This document shows positions 47,224 through 56,042 of a stretch of 64,000 bases of DNA, in pieces. The DNA comes from Candidatus Bruticola sp. (lineage in GTDB: Bacteria; Vulcanimicrobiota; Xenobia; Xenobiales; Xenobiaceae), in contig JBJEGD010000031.1 of the NCBI GenBank assembly GCA_051874735.1, forward strand, positions 34,681 to 98,680. Direction: 5' to 3'. Position numbers and translations under genes: made by a program. Position 1 is the stretch's first letter. Every line of letters starts with the position of its first letter. The notes beneath the pieces were generated by a model that was not told where the DNA came from, ran no database searches, and saw nothing but the letters and a program-made list of their open reading frames with translations.

Positions 47224-48063
47224 TTAAGGGAAAAAATTTTTTTCTTCCGGTCGCAGTAAAGCTTGAGCTGTCAGGGTGCTTGGCTGCCATTTAAAGCCTC
47301 TGGCAATAACGAACGGCACCCTTTTAAGTTTGCCACAGGCTAATTCTGCTCCGGAGGCCAAAGCATCAGCGCTAGCCATGCGGGTAACTTTGAGAATTCT
47401 GCCTGAGCTGTCGGCTTGCCCACGGTAATCTGTAAACGGATCGAAAGCGCAGCTACCTATAGCGACATTGACAATACCTTCGCGCCAAGGGCGTCCAAAG
47501 GAATCGCTCACAATGGTGGGGATAGTGAAGCCTAAAACAGCGCTGAGAGCTGTGCATAGACGCTGGGCGGATAGATCGGGATCTTGAGGCAGTAAGCAGG
47601 CAACGGCGTCTTGGGAGGAGTGCGTTGTATCTCCCGTGTTAGAAAGATCAATACCTGCATTAGCACAGGTAAATCCTTGTTTAGTTTTTACTATTAGACA
47701 GCCGCGAGCCATGCGTACAACATAGGCACTTTCTCGGAGCACTAGTTCAATTAAACGGCTGTCTTTACCAAAACGTTTACCGTATTCTGAAGCTAAAGCC
47801 GATGGTGTCACCTGGCTGAGATTGACTAAACGTCCTTCTGATTTAGCTACCGCTTTATGAGTGACTATAACTATATCGCCTTGTTGCAAAGGCACAGGAG
47901 ATTCCTTTAAAATAAGCGCAGTCAGATCTTCCCCGGCAGTTATTTCTTTGTTAGTATGTATGGGTATAAAGCTAACGGTTCCTGAAGGTAAGACACTAGC
48001 TTCAAAATTTGTGAAGTTTTGAGTCAAAAAATTTAAGCCGATCCTTTCTGCTGTAATCTTCAA
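47224..48063 (-). CDS. cofE: Coenzyme F420-0:gamma-L-glutamate ligase
   Basis: GDIVIVTHKAVAKSEGR, CANAGIDLSN, LLP.DPD.SA, DSFGRPWREG, ADALAS. Confidence 0.88.
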   Translation of the reverse strand: MKITAERIGLNFLTQNFTNFEASVLPSGTVSFIPIHTNKEITAGEDLTALILKESPVPLQQGDIVIVTHKAVAKSEGRLVNLSQVTPSALASEYGKRFGKDSRLIELVLRESAYVVRMARGCLIVKTKQGFTCANAGIDLSNTGDTTHSSQDAVACLLPQDPDLSAQRLCTALSAVLGFTIPTIVSDSFGRPWREGIVNVAIGSCAFDPFTDYRGQADSSGRILKVTRMASADALASGAELACGKLKRVPFVIARGFKWQPSTLTAQALLRPEEKNFFP

Positions 48064-48251
48064 ACGTCATTCTTGTTAAAACTGCAAATTTTATTATAAC
48101 ACGTTTAAGAGGGACTTGATTATGTCCTCTTCTCAGTTAAACCTGTTGAGGTAGAGACGCTTCCTATAACTTGGGGCTTTCTAATACAATTTTGCCTCTG
48201 AAATTAAATTGTGTTGACAATTAATTGTAACGGATTGTTGAGGCATCGAAA

Positions 48252-49025
48252 ATGAAAATTAATTTGGCCGCTTATCATCGTTGGGAAATTATCGGTAGTG
48301 GTGGCAAAACAACTTTCATGATAGAAAATGCTAAGCGTTTAGCTAGGCAAAAAGAAAGACGGGCTGGAGTAATTTTTACAACTAGTACTCACTTAGCCCC
48401 GCCAGTTGCATCTGGTACAGATTTGTATCCTGGAAAGATCATAGAGTGCAGCCCTTTAAATAGTCGGCATAGTTTAATAGAAGCGGAACAGAACTGGCGT
48501 CAGGTAAAAGAAGAGGATGGGCTATGCGGATTGATGCGCTTAAATAAAGAACGCAGCCAATGGATCGGATTTTCTCCCGAAGAGTTAGATATAATTAGCT
48601 CTTGGCCCCAATTAGACTATCTATTGGTTGAAGCGGACGGATCGAAGCGTTTGCCCGTCAAAGCACATGCCTCTCACGAGCCGGTACTTTACTGTAGCGC
48701 CGATTTAGGCGTTGCTGTCATCGGCTTGCAAGGATTGGGGAGAAGGATTATTGATGGTGAAGTGCACCGCCCGGAGTTGATGTGTCGTCTGTTGCAGCAC
48801 CCATGGGGGAGTCAAATTGGCTTAACTGAATTCATACGATTAGCTTGTGCTTATTTGTCTCTTCTTTCGGGCCCTGACAGATTGTTAGTTTTTAGTCAAG
48901 CTGAGCAAGCTCCCGCTGGAATACTAACCAAGCTAGCTGCTGGTGTACGCCGATATATCGGGGCAATACCTATTTTAAGTCAGGCTGCAGGTTCGCAGGG
49001 CAAAGTAGTCTATCAAGAATTGTAA
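48252..49025 (+). CDS. yqeC: Selenium cofactor biosynthesis protein YqeC
   Basis: GSGGKTT, TTSTH, LVEADGSKRLPVKA..HEP, VHRPE. Confidence 0.85.
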   Translation: MKINLAAYHRWEIIGSGGKTTFMIENAKRLARQKERRAGVIFTTSTHLAPPVASGTDLYPGKIIECSPLNSRHSLIEAEQNWRQVKEEDGLCGLMRLNKERSQWIGFSPEELDIISSWPQLDYLLVEADGSKRLPVKAHASHEPVLYCSADLGVAVIGLQGLGRRIIDGEVHRPELMCRLLQHPWGSQIGLTEFIRLACAYLSLLSGPDRLLVFSQAEQAPAGILTKLAAGVRRYIGAIPILSQAAGSQGKVVYQEL

Positions 49026-49107
49026 GAGAAAAAATCGCTGTAGAAAAATCATCTGGCGGGACGACAGCCTTATAATCCTATGATATACGCCATTTGACAC
49101 TTTGCCT

Positions 49108-50541
49108 CTATGGAATACTGCATGTGGTTAAGCCTAAAAGGCGCTGTTGGTGAAGACAATTGTCGCATTGAGAGCACGCTCCGGAATAAGTTTCAGCAAA
49201 TCCTGCTAGTAAAGCGCGGCGTCGGCATTCCTTAGTGCGACAGTAATTTTCAATAGTTTGTAAACGCTGCTCAGCCCTTTCTTTGAGAACTTCAAAATAC
49301 CCGGATAAGTGAGTGTCACTCAGCAGCAGTTCTGGAGGTGCGGCAAGGTCGGCATTTTCTCCCAGAGCTGTGCGCAATAGCATTTGCCAGGCTTTGTAGC
49401 TCATCGCTCTAAATTGAGTGTTTCGCATCTCGGCGACCGTTTGCTTCCCCTTTAAAGCTAGCTCTGTAAATTCCTTAATTTCCTGTCTCTGTGGGTAACT
49501 GTCTTCTAGATTATGTTTAAGATGTTTAAAATTGGCTGCGTCCCAAAACAATAAACAGACAGCCGGCTGCCGATCGCGTCCGGCTCGTCCCGATTCCTGA
49601 AAGTAGTTTTCCGGTGAGGCCGGGGGAGACATATGAATTATTTGTCTTATGTCCGATTTATCTACTCCCATACCGAATGCTGTAGTGGCTGTAATAATAT
49701 TTATCTGGCCCTCGAGAAAGGCTTGGAGAATGTTGTGCCTTGTTTCTGGCGGCAGCCCGGCATGATACGGCGCTGCCGCCAGATCATGCTGTCTAAAAAA
49801 GGACGCCAAACTCTCCGTTTGGGCGCGTCTAGCAGCGTAAACAACGGAAGGATGGTCTCGGGAGGCACGTAGAAAATTTAAAGCTAACCAAGGGCGCTGC
49901 TGTGATTCAATTTTTATAACTTTATAATACAAATTCGGCCGATCTAAAGAGAGACGAGAGATAAAAGGAGAGCTTAAGCCAAGGCAGCGAGCAATTTCGT
50001 CGGCTGCTTCTTGATCTGCTGTGGCAGTAACGGCTAAAACAGAGCGGGGACGCAGAGCTCTAACTAGTTCTCCCAAGCGCAAATAACTAGAGCGGAAATC
50101 GTGTCCCCATTGGTTGATACAGTGAGCTTCATCGACCGCTAAAAGCGAAATATGGCATCGGCGCAGCCTATTAAGGAAGTTCTCTTCTAGCAGACGTTCA
50201 GGGGAAGCAAATAAAAGCTTAATATGCCCTTCCTCTATAAATTTGATAATGTGTTCCTGCTCTTCCGATGATTGAGAGCTGTTGAGGCAGACTGCAGGCA
50301 GAGAGCGCTGCTGCAGCTGTCTGACTTGATCTTCCATAAGCGCTATTAAAGGCGAAACAACCGCAGTAAGGCCGGGAAGTATTAAAGCTGGCAGCTGATA
50401 AGTTAACGATTTGCCTGCTCCAGTAGGCCAAATGGCTAAAACGTCCGATCCTGCTAATAAAGCTTCAATGACTTCTCTCTGATTGCTTCGGAACTCATCT
50501 TTGCCGAAAAATTTGCGCAGCAAGGCGGTTAAATTGCTCAT
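49108..50541 (-). CDS. recQ: RecQ-family DNA helicase, short form without HRDC domain
   Basis: PTGAGKS, VDEAHC..QWGHDFR, TATA, YHAGL, AFGMGVDK, QESGRAGRD, CRR...CSQCDNC. Confidence 0.92.
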   Translation of the reverse strand: MSNLTALLRKFFGKDEFRSNQREVIEALLAGSDVLAIWPTGAGKSLTYQLPALILPGLTAVVSPLIALMEDQVRQLQQRSLPAVCLNSSQSSEEQEHIIKFIEEGHIKLLFASPERLLEENFLNRLRRCHISLLAVDEAHCINQWGHDFRSSYLRLGELVRALRPRSVLAVTATADQEAADEIARCLGLSSPFISRLSLDRPNLYYKVIKIESQQRPWLALNFLRASRDHPSVVYAARRAQTESLASFFRQHDLAAAPYHAGLPPETRHNILQAFLEGQINIITATTAFGMGVDKSDIRQIIHMSPPASPENYFQESGRAGRDRQPAVCLLFWDAANFKHLKHNLEDSYPQRQEIKEFTELALKGKQTVAEMRNTQFRAMSYKAWQMLLRTALGENADLAAPPELLLSDTHLSGYFEVLKERAEQRLQTIENYCRTKECRRRALLAGFAETYSGACSQCDNCLHQQRLLGLTTCSIP

Positions 50542-50611
50542 GATAATCCCCCCGTTTTGAAAATATTCAGCAAGATTTTATAACTTAAAACGGAAATTTA
50601 CTTGAAATATT

Positions 50612-51325
50612 ATGTATGACAATCGATTTGCTATAATTCTCCTCGGTGCAGGTTCCTCTTCACGCATGTCCGTTCCCAAGCAGCTGCTGCCATGGAAAGG
50701 ATCGGCCAATTTAATTGAACATGCTTGCCTAACTTGTCTGCAGAGTAAGGCTGTCTGCAGTGTTTTTGTTCTTGGAGCTAATGCGGAAAAGATTCTTGCA
50801 GTTTTGCCTTGGCTAAAGCAAAATTTTGCCGATTCTCATCTCGAGGCAACTTGCCTCAAGGAAGATAATTCTGCCCCTACGGCTGCTCCCAGATTCAGTA
50901 CTGTAATTAACCATAATTGGTCTTTGGGTATGTCTTCTTCTTTGAAAGTAGGCTTGAGTGAATTGTTGAATAACTTTTCACAAGCTCAGCTTTTAGATAG
51001 TGCCGCTGTGTTTTTAGCAGATCTTCCTTTAGTGACTTCAGCTATTATTGACAGCATAGCTGATTTAGGCGGCCGCTTGGCTCCTCATGAGCTTCAAAGT
51101 TGCATTATTGTACCAGTTTGGCAGGGGCGCAGAGGTCATCCTGTCTTTTTCGGCCGCCGTTTTTGGCCTGAATTATTGCTTATTTCTGGTGACAAGGGAG
51201 CTGGAAGTTTATTGAAAAAGTACTCGGAGCATTGCCTTTATTGGCAGGCTGAAGGTCCGGAAATATACTGGGATTGCGATACTCCTGACGCTTATATTGA
51301 ATGCTGCCGAAAAACAAATTTTTAA
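50612..51325 (+). CDS. mocA: Molybdenum cofactor cytidylyltransferase (MocA/YgfJ family)
   Basis: GAGSSSRM..PKQLL, GMSSSLK, LADLP, RGHPVFF, GDKGA, DCDTP. Confidence 0.85.
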   Translation: MYDNRFAIILLGAGSSSRMSVPKQLLPWKGSANLIEHACLTCLQSKAVCSVFVLGANAEKILAVLPWLKQNFADSHLEATCLKEDNSAPTAAPRFSTVINHNWSLGMSSSLKVGLSELLNNFSQAQLLDSAAVFLADLPLVTSAIIDSIADLGGRLAPHELQSCIIVPVWQGRRGHPVFFGRRFWPELLLISGDKGAGSLLKKYSEHCLYWQAEGPEIYWDCDTPDAYIECCRKTNF

Positions 51326-52154
51326 TTTAGTTGGCAGAGAAAGGACGAATAATTTGCATTTTAAAGCACCATTAGTCGGCATACGCGGCGGCGGCGATTT
51401 AGCCAGCGGTATAGCCCACCGTCTTTTTCAAGCTGGTTTTCCACTTATTATTAGTGAATTAGAGCACCCTCGCATGGTACGTCGTAGCGTCTGTTTTGGA
51501 GAGGCTGTCTGGGAAAATAAAATTTCTATCGAAAAAGTAGAAGCTGTGCTTATTCAGTCTGAAAGCCAGCTGTCCGAAGTTTTGGCTCGTAAATATATAG
51601 GCGTAGCGGTCGATCCTGAGGGGAAAATATTCGATAAATTGAACGTACCTTTTCTCGTTGACGCCCGCATGTTGAAAAGGGAAATAGACGATCAGCGCCG
51701 CCCTGGCCGTTTTGTTGTAGGAATTGGACCCGGATTTACAGCCGGCCTCAATGTCGATAGGGTTATTGAAACTATGCGGGGACATACTTTGGGTAAAGTT
51801 ATTTACAGCGGTCAGCCCTTGCCTAATACCGGTGTACCTGGGATTATCGCCGGAGAAAGCATACGAAGACTGATAAAAGCCCCTTGCTGCGGAGTTTTTC
51901 GAGCTGAAGCCGAATTAGGGCAGATGGTTTGTGAAGGGCAAATAGTGGGGTGGGTTAATGAAAAGCCGGTTAAAGTGCTTCTGTCTGGCAAATTGCGCGG
52001 CCTGATTCGCAACGGCACTGAGGTCGCTTGTGGAGAAAAGCTTGGCGACTGCGATCCTAGAGGTGAAAAAGTCGATATATATACTATTTCTGACAAAGCT
52101 AGAGCTATCGGAGGAGGAGTTTTGGAAGCAGTTTTGAGTCAAGTTTTTGCCTAA
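51297..52154 (+). CDS. yqeB: Selenium-dependent molybdenum hydroxylase system protein YqeB
   Basis: RGGGDLASG, VRRSVCF, IGPGF.AG, IETMRGH.LG, NTGVPG, ISDKARAIGGGVLEA. Confidence 0.92.
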   Translation: MNAAEKQIFNLVGRERTNNLHFKAPLVGIRGGGDLASGIAHRLFQAGFPLIISELEHPRMVRRSVCFGEAVWENKISIEKVEAVLIQSESQLSEVLARKYIGVAVDPEGKIFDKLNVPFLVDARMLKREIDDQRRPGRFVVGIGPGFTAGLNVDRVIETMRGHTLGKVIYSGQPLPNTGVPGIIAGESIRRLIKAPCCGVFRAEAELGQMVCEGQIVGWVNEKPVKVLLSGKLRGLIRNGTEVACGEKLGDCDPRGEKVDIYTISDKARAIGGGVLEAVLSQVFA

Positions 52155-52181
52155 ATATTGAAAAAAAAACTGCATATAAGA

Positions 52182-52208
52182 GCAGGAACCAACCTTAAAT
52201 TCATGAAG
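52182..52208 (+). promoter_or_regulatory. Sigma-H-like promoter of the 5'-nucleotidase gene
   Basis: GCAGGA-N17-GAAG. Confidence 0.45.
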
Positions 52209-52316
52209 CCAATCTCCCACTTGGGGGTGCTTTTTTTATTGTTCTGCTCTAGCTTTTTGGGCTGCAGTTAGAAAATAAGTATACAGATTTTTTGGCTAAG
52301 GAGTTTCTTCTCTGTT

Positions 52317-53849
52317 ATGACTTGTGGTACGGCAATTCGTGCAATGTTTATGGGGCTGACCGTTATGGTTCTGACCGCCAGTTCAAGTTTTAATGCTGAT
52401 GCAAAAGTCCCTAAAAATAATAATGCTGATCTTGAGAAAGGACGCAGGATCGTTATAGTTCATACTAACGATCTTCATGGCAATATTGAACCTGACAGTA
52501 AGAATCGCGGAGGCTTAACTCGCATCGCTTCCTTGTTGAAACAAATCAGGAAAGAAAATCCAGGTCGTGTCGTCTATTTTGATTGCGGAGATGTAGCTCA
52601 AGGTACCCCAGTTTCTAATCTTTTCCATGGCGAGCCTATGTACAAGTCTCTGAGCGTTATGAAGCCTTTGGCTGGTACTTTAGGTAATCACGAATATGAC
52701 TGGGGTATGGATGTACAGAAAAAGATGCTCAGTAATGCTGATTATCCAATTCTGGTAGCCAATGTAGTCAATAGTAAAGGGAAAAATCCTTATAAGCCCT
52801 ATATGATCAGCGAAATTAATGGCGTTAAGTTGGGTATTATCGGTCTGATCGCTCAAGATATTCCTGGTTTGGTGAAGAAGGGTAACACCGCCGATTTGAA
52901 GTTCCTCGATCCGGCTGAAACCTGCCTGAAATATATACCCAAAATGTACAAAGATGGCGCTGAACTGATTGTAGCCGTCAGTCATTGCGGTGTGGACGCT
53001 GATAAAATTACTGCGGAAAAAGTTCCGGCTCTCGATTTAATTGTAGGTGGCCATTCTCATACAAAGCTCGACAAGGCTATAAATGTGGGCGGTCATACTT
53101 GGATTGTGCAGGCGGGCCATTATGGGCGTTATTTAGGTCAGATCGCTCTCGATGTTAATCCTTACAACGGAAAAATTTTCAATTTCGATTATAAGCTTAT
53201 CACTCTAGATAAGAATCTCGCCGTAGAAGCGGATCCTGAAGTGGCTGCTATTGCTGAGCAGTATAATAAACAAGTTCAGCCTATGATGGAAAAGGTCGTT
53301 GGCAGTTTAAAAGATGACCTAACGATTAAAAATTCAGCAGAACACTACGATTCCAGCTTAGGCAACGCTATTTGCGATGCTTTAAGAAAAGAAGCCGGTG
53401 CAGATATCGGTGTTTATAACTGGGGCGGTATCCGTATTGAAGCGATGCAGGCCGGTGAAATTAAACTTGATACTATTTTCCGTTTGCTTCCTTTTGATGA
53501 TCCCGTTGTAGTTGTCAAACTTAAAGGACAGGACATTGTAGAGCTTTTCAGGCAATCAGTCTGCCAGACAGAGACTGGGCCTTTGCAGGCTTCCGGTGTG
53601 GAAATGGTCGCAGATAGTACTTCGAAAGAGATTGTTTCTTTAAAAATTAACGGTCAGGAAGTCGATCCTAACGCGGAGTACACTGTAGCTACGACTGAGT
53701 TCCTCTCCAAGGGAGGAGACAATTACAGTGCTTTGGGCAAAGGTGAAACCTTAAAAACTATAGGCATTACTCGTGATGTATTCATTGATTATATTAAGAG
53801 CTTCGACAGTATGCCCGCTCCTGCAGTAGGTAGAATGGTAAAGAGATAA
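52317..53849 (+). CDS. Secreted bifunctional metallophosphatase / 5'-nucleotidase
   Basis: Signal peptide; HTNDLHG, DCGD, LGNHEYD, SHCG, GGHSH; C-terminal GGIR, LLPF, GGDNY. Confidence 0.93.
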   Translation: MTCGTAIRAMFMGLTVMVLTASSSFNADAKVPKNNNADLEKGRRIVIVHTNDLHGNIEPDSKNRGGLTRIASLLKQIRKENPGRVVYFDCGDVAQGTPVSNLFHGEPMYKSLSVMKPLAGTLGNHEYDWGMDVQKKMLSNADYPILVANVVNSKGKNPYKPYMISEINGVKLGIIGLIAQDIPGLVKKGNTADLKFLDPAETCLKYIPKMYKDGAELIVAVSHCGVDADKITAEKVPALDLIVGGHSHTKLDKAINVGGHTWIVQAGHYGRYLGQIALDVNPYNGKIFNFDYKLITLDKNLAVEADPEVAAIAEQYNKQVQPMMEKVVGSLKDDLTIKNSAEHYDSSLGNAICDALRKEAGADIGVYNWGGIRIEAMQAGEIKLDTIFRLLPFDDPVVVVKLKGQDIVELFRQSVCQTETGPLQASGVEMVADSTSKEIVSLKINGQEVDPNAEYTVATTEFLSKGGDNYSALGKGETLKTIGITRDVFIDYIKSFDSMPAPAVGRMVKR

Positions 53850-54155
53850 GCTTGAAAAGCTTCTGAGCTTTTAATTTATTAAAAAATTGAGAAGAGCGTT
53901 TTTCCTAAATCATTTTTTAAGTGTATCCGGAAAGCGCTCTTTTGTTTTGTGAAAATAGTACTTAAAATAGGCGCAATATTGTAATATGGTCATTAGAAAT
54001 ATAGTGGCATGAAGCTAAAGAGTTTGAAATTGATCTTAATCTGTAGTTTACGTTAAAAACTTACTTTACAAAGTAATTTGAGGCTGATTCTGCATTAGTT
54101 GGCTTGGTTATTAAAAAAAAAAGCAAAAAAAATGTTGTTTTTTGGCAAAAAGGGG

Positions 54156-54184
54156 TTGACGTTTTTTTTACTAGTATATATAAT
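54156..54184 (+). promoter_or_regulatory. Sigma-70 promoter of the tRNA-Gln/tRNA-Glu operon
   Basis: TTGACG-N17-TATAAT with A/T tracts upstream. Confidence 0.85.
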
Positions 54185-54270
54185 GCACACGTTCTCAAGA
54201 GAGAGTGAGCGAGGTTAAGGGTAGTGAACGAGCTTCGCGCCGCTTGAGAAAAATATCCGCAAAGCTATAT

Positions 54271-54344
54271 TGCCGAATCGTCTAACGGTAGGACAGCGGA
54301 CTCTGGATCCGTACGTGAGGGTTCAAATCCTTCTTCGGCAGCCA
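54271..54344 (+). tRNA. tRNA-Gln (CTG)
   Basis: GCGGA-CTCTGGA-TCCGT anticodon arm, GGTTCAAATCC, GCCA end. Confidence 0.95.
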
Positions 54345-54351
54345 ACTTTGC

Positions 54352-54428
54352 GCCGCGTTGGTCTAGAGGATCAGGACGTCGCCCTCTCACGGCGAAAATC
54401 GCGGGTTCGAATCCCGCACGCGGTACCA
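54352..54428 (+). tRNA. tRNA-Glu (CTC)
   Basis: TCGCC-CTCTCAC-GGCGA anticodon arm, GGTTCGAATCC, ACCA end. Confidence 0.95.
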
Positions 54429-54480
54429 TTTAGGACCAGTAGCGTTTCCCCCCCCCGCGTACTGGTCCTTTTCCTTGGAG

Positions 54481-54518
54481 AAGAATTCAGCTTCTGTCTT
54501 AAAGCTGGATTCTTTTTT
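54481..54518 (+). terminator. Terminator of the tRNA operon
   Basis: AAGAATTCAGCTT...AAGCTGGATTCTT followed by a T-run. Confidence 0.7.
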
Positions 54519-54593
54519 ATTTCCTTAAAAAGTAAGTTAGATCACTGCCACACGTGTTACTCTAGGGGGGCATATAGTGTAAAATAAGCCGGT

Positions 54594-56030
54594 ATGAGGA
54601 ATAGATACATATTGGCAAGTCTGAGAAATAGAAAAATTTGGCGGATTAGTTTTATCTGTGCGCTGTTAATTTTTATAGCTTCAATTATACAGAGTTCTGA
54701 AGCTCAGTCTAAACAAAATTACTACAGTGAAGTTCTTCCTAATGGTATGCTATTAGTGCTGTCAGAAAATTTATCTTCTCCTGTCTGCTCTTTAAATATT
54801 TTTTGCAAAGTAGGCGGATTTGAGGAAAATGCTGACACTATGGGTATATCCCACTTTTTTGAGCATCTGTTTTTCCGCGGTACTCCAACTTTAAACGGAT
54901 ACCAATTTAAAAGGGCTATTGAAGCTTTGGGAGGTCAAACTAACGCTTCTACTGGTCGCGATTTTACTCATTACTACATCACTTTGCCAGGTAAAAATGC
55001 CATTAAAGGCATGCGCTTGCTGGCCGATGCTTTAAAAAATGCTGAATTAGATCAGGAAGCCATCGATCAGGAACGCAAAGCCGTCCTGGAAGAGTATCGT
55101 ATGAATTTGGAAAGTCCGGCTCGTATTATGAACCAAATGATGAGTGAGCTAGCTTACGGAGAGCATCCTTACGGTCGTCCTATTATTGGCAGCGAATATA
55201 CTATAAAATCTTTTAATCGTCCCGATTTCATAAAGTTTCGTGATACTTTTATTTCCCCTGAACGCACTAGTATTGTAGTAGTTGGCGATTTTAAGAGCTC
55301 TGAAATGCTGGCTGTGCTGCGTGAAGAATTTTCTAAGTTTACGCGTCCTCAAAAGCGCATTATTAGCAGTTATGCTGATATAAAACGGCCTAGCGAAGAA
55401 GTATCAGCTGTTCGAGATATTAAAGCTCAATCTAGTTTTGTGGCGGTTGGTTTTGTTGGTCCGTCTATTCACGATAAACCAGATATCTATCAAGTCGATG
55501 TTATGTCATTTTTAATGGGCTTAGGACGCGGCTCTTTAGTGCAGAAAAAATTAGTTAGTCAAGGTAAGCTTCAAGATGGAGGAGTGCAATTTCTCACTCA
55601 GCGTTTTCCTGGCTTAATTTCGCTTTACGGTATAAGCAAAGTTGGTCATGAAGATGATGTTAAGAAAGACTTGCTTTCGGTAGCTGCAATGGTTCGCCAG
55701 GGGCAATTCAGCGATCGCGATTTGCGTCGTGCTAAAGCTTTTCTGCGCAGTAATTACTCTTTTTCAGAGGAGACTAACGCCGGGCGAGCTGATAATTTAG
55801 GCTTTTATGCTTCTATCGATGATATAAAGTTTACAGATCGCTATTTAAGTGAAATTGAAAAAGTTTCGAAAGAAGACGTAATGGCTGCCGCTGCCAAATA
55901 TTTGAGCGGAGGTTACTATTGTGTAAAACTAATAGGACAGGTCTCTGAAAAGAATAAACAGCGTAGCCGAAGCGGGGAAGAGGCTGGAACCGGACAGGAC
56001 AACGCCGCTGAAAACACAGTTAAAAATTGA
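54594..56030 (+). CDS. M16 zinc peptidase, catalytic subunit, with signal peptide or anchor
   Basis: HFFEH (HxxEH) motif, NASTG.D.T.YY, HPYGRP; hydrophobic N-terminus. Confidence 0.92.
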   Translation: MRNRYILASLRNRKIWRISFICALLIFIASIIQSSEAQSKQNYYSEVLPNGMLLVLSENLSSPVCSLNIFCKVGGFEENADTMGISHFFEHLFFRGTPTLNGYQFKRAIEALGGQTNASTGRDFTHYYITLPGKNAIKGMRLLADALKNAELDQEAIDQERKAVLEEYRMNLESPARIMNQMMSELAYGEHPYGRPIIGSEYTIKSFNRPDFIKFRDTFISPERTSIVVVGDFKSSEMLAVLREEFSKFTRPQKRIISSYADIKRPSEEVSAVRDIKAQSSFVAVGFVGPSIHDKPDIYQVDVMSFLMGLGRGSLVQKKLVSQGKLQDGGVQFLTQRFPGLISLYGISKVGHEDDVKKDLLSVAAMVRQGQFSDRDLRRAKAFLRSNYSFSEETNAGRADNLGFYASIDDIKFTDRYLSEIEKVSKEDVMAAAAKYLSGGYYCVKLIGQVSEKNKQRSRSGEEAGTGQDNAAENTVKN

Positions 56031-56042
56031 GGAAGGGCTGAT

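Noticed and set aside
48252-52154. Selenocysteine (UGA) recoding near the selenium-related genes
   Set aside because: The ORFs look full length without in-frame TGA, and YqeB/YqeC relate to a labile Se cofactor rather than Sec.
54270-54587. 105-aa ORF in the track
   Set aside because: It overlaps tRNA-Gln and tRNA-Glu, so it is spurious.
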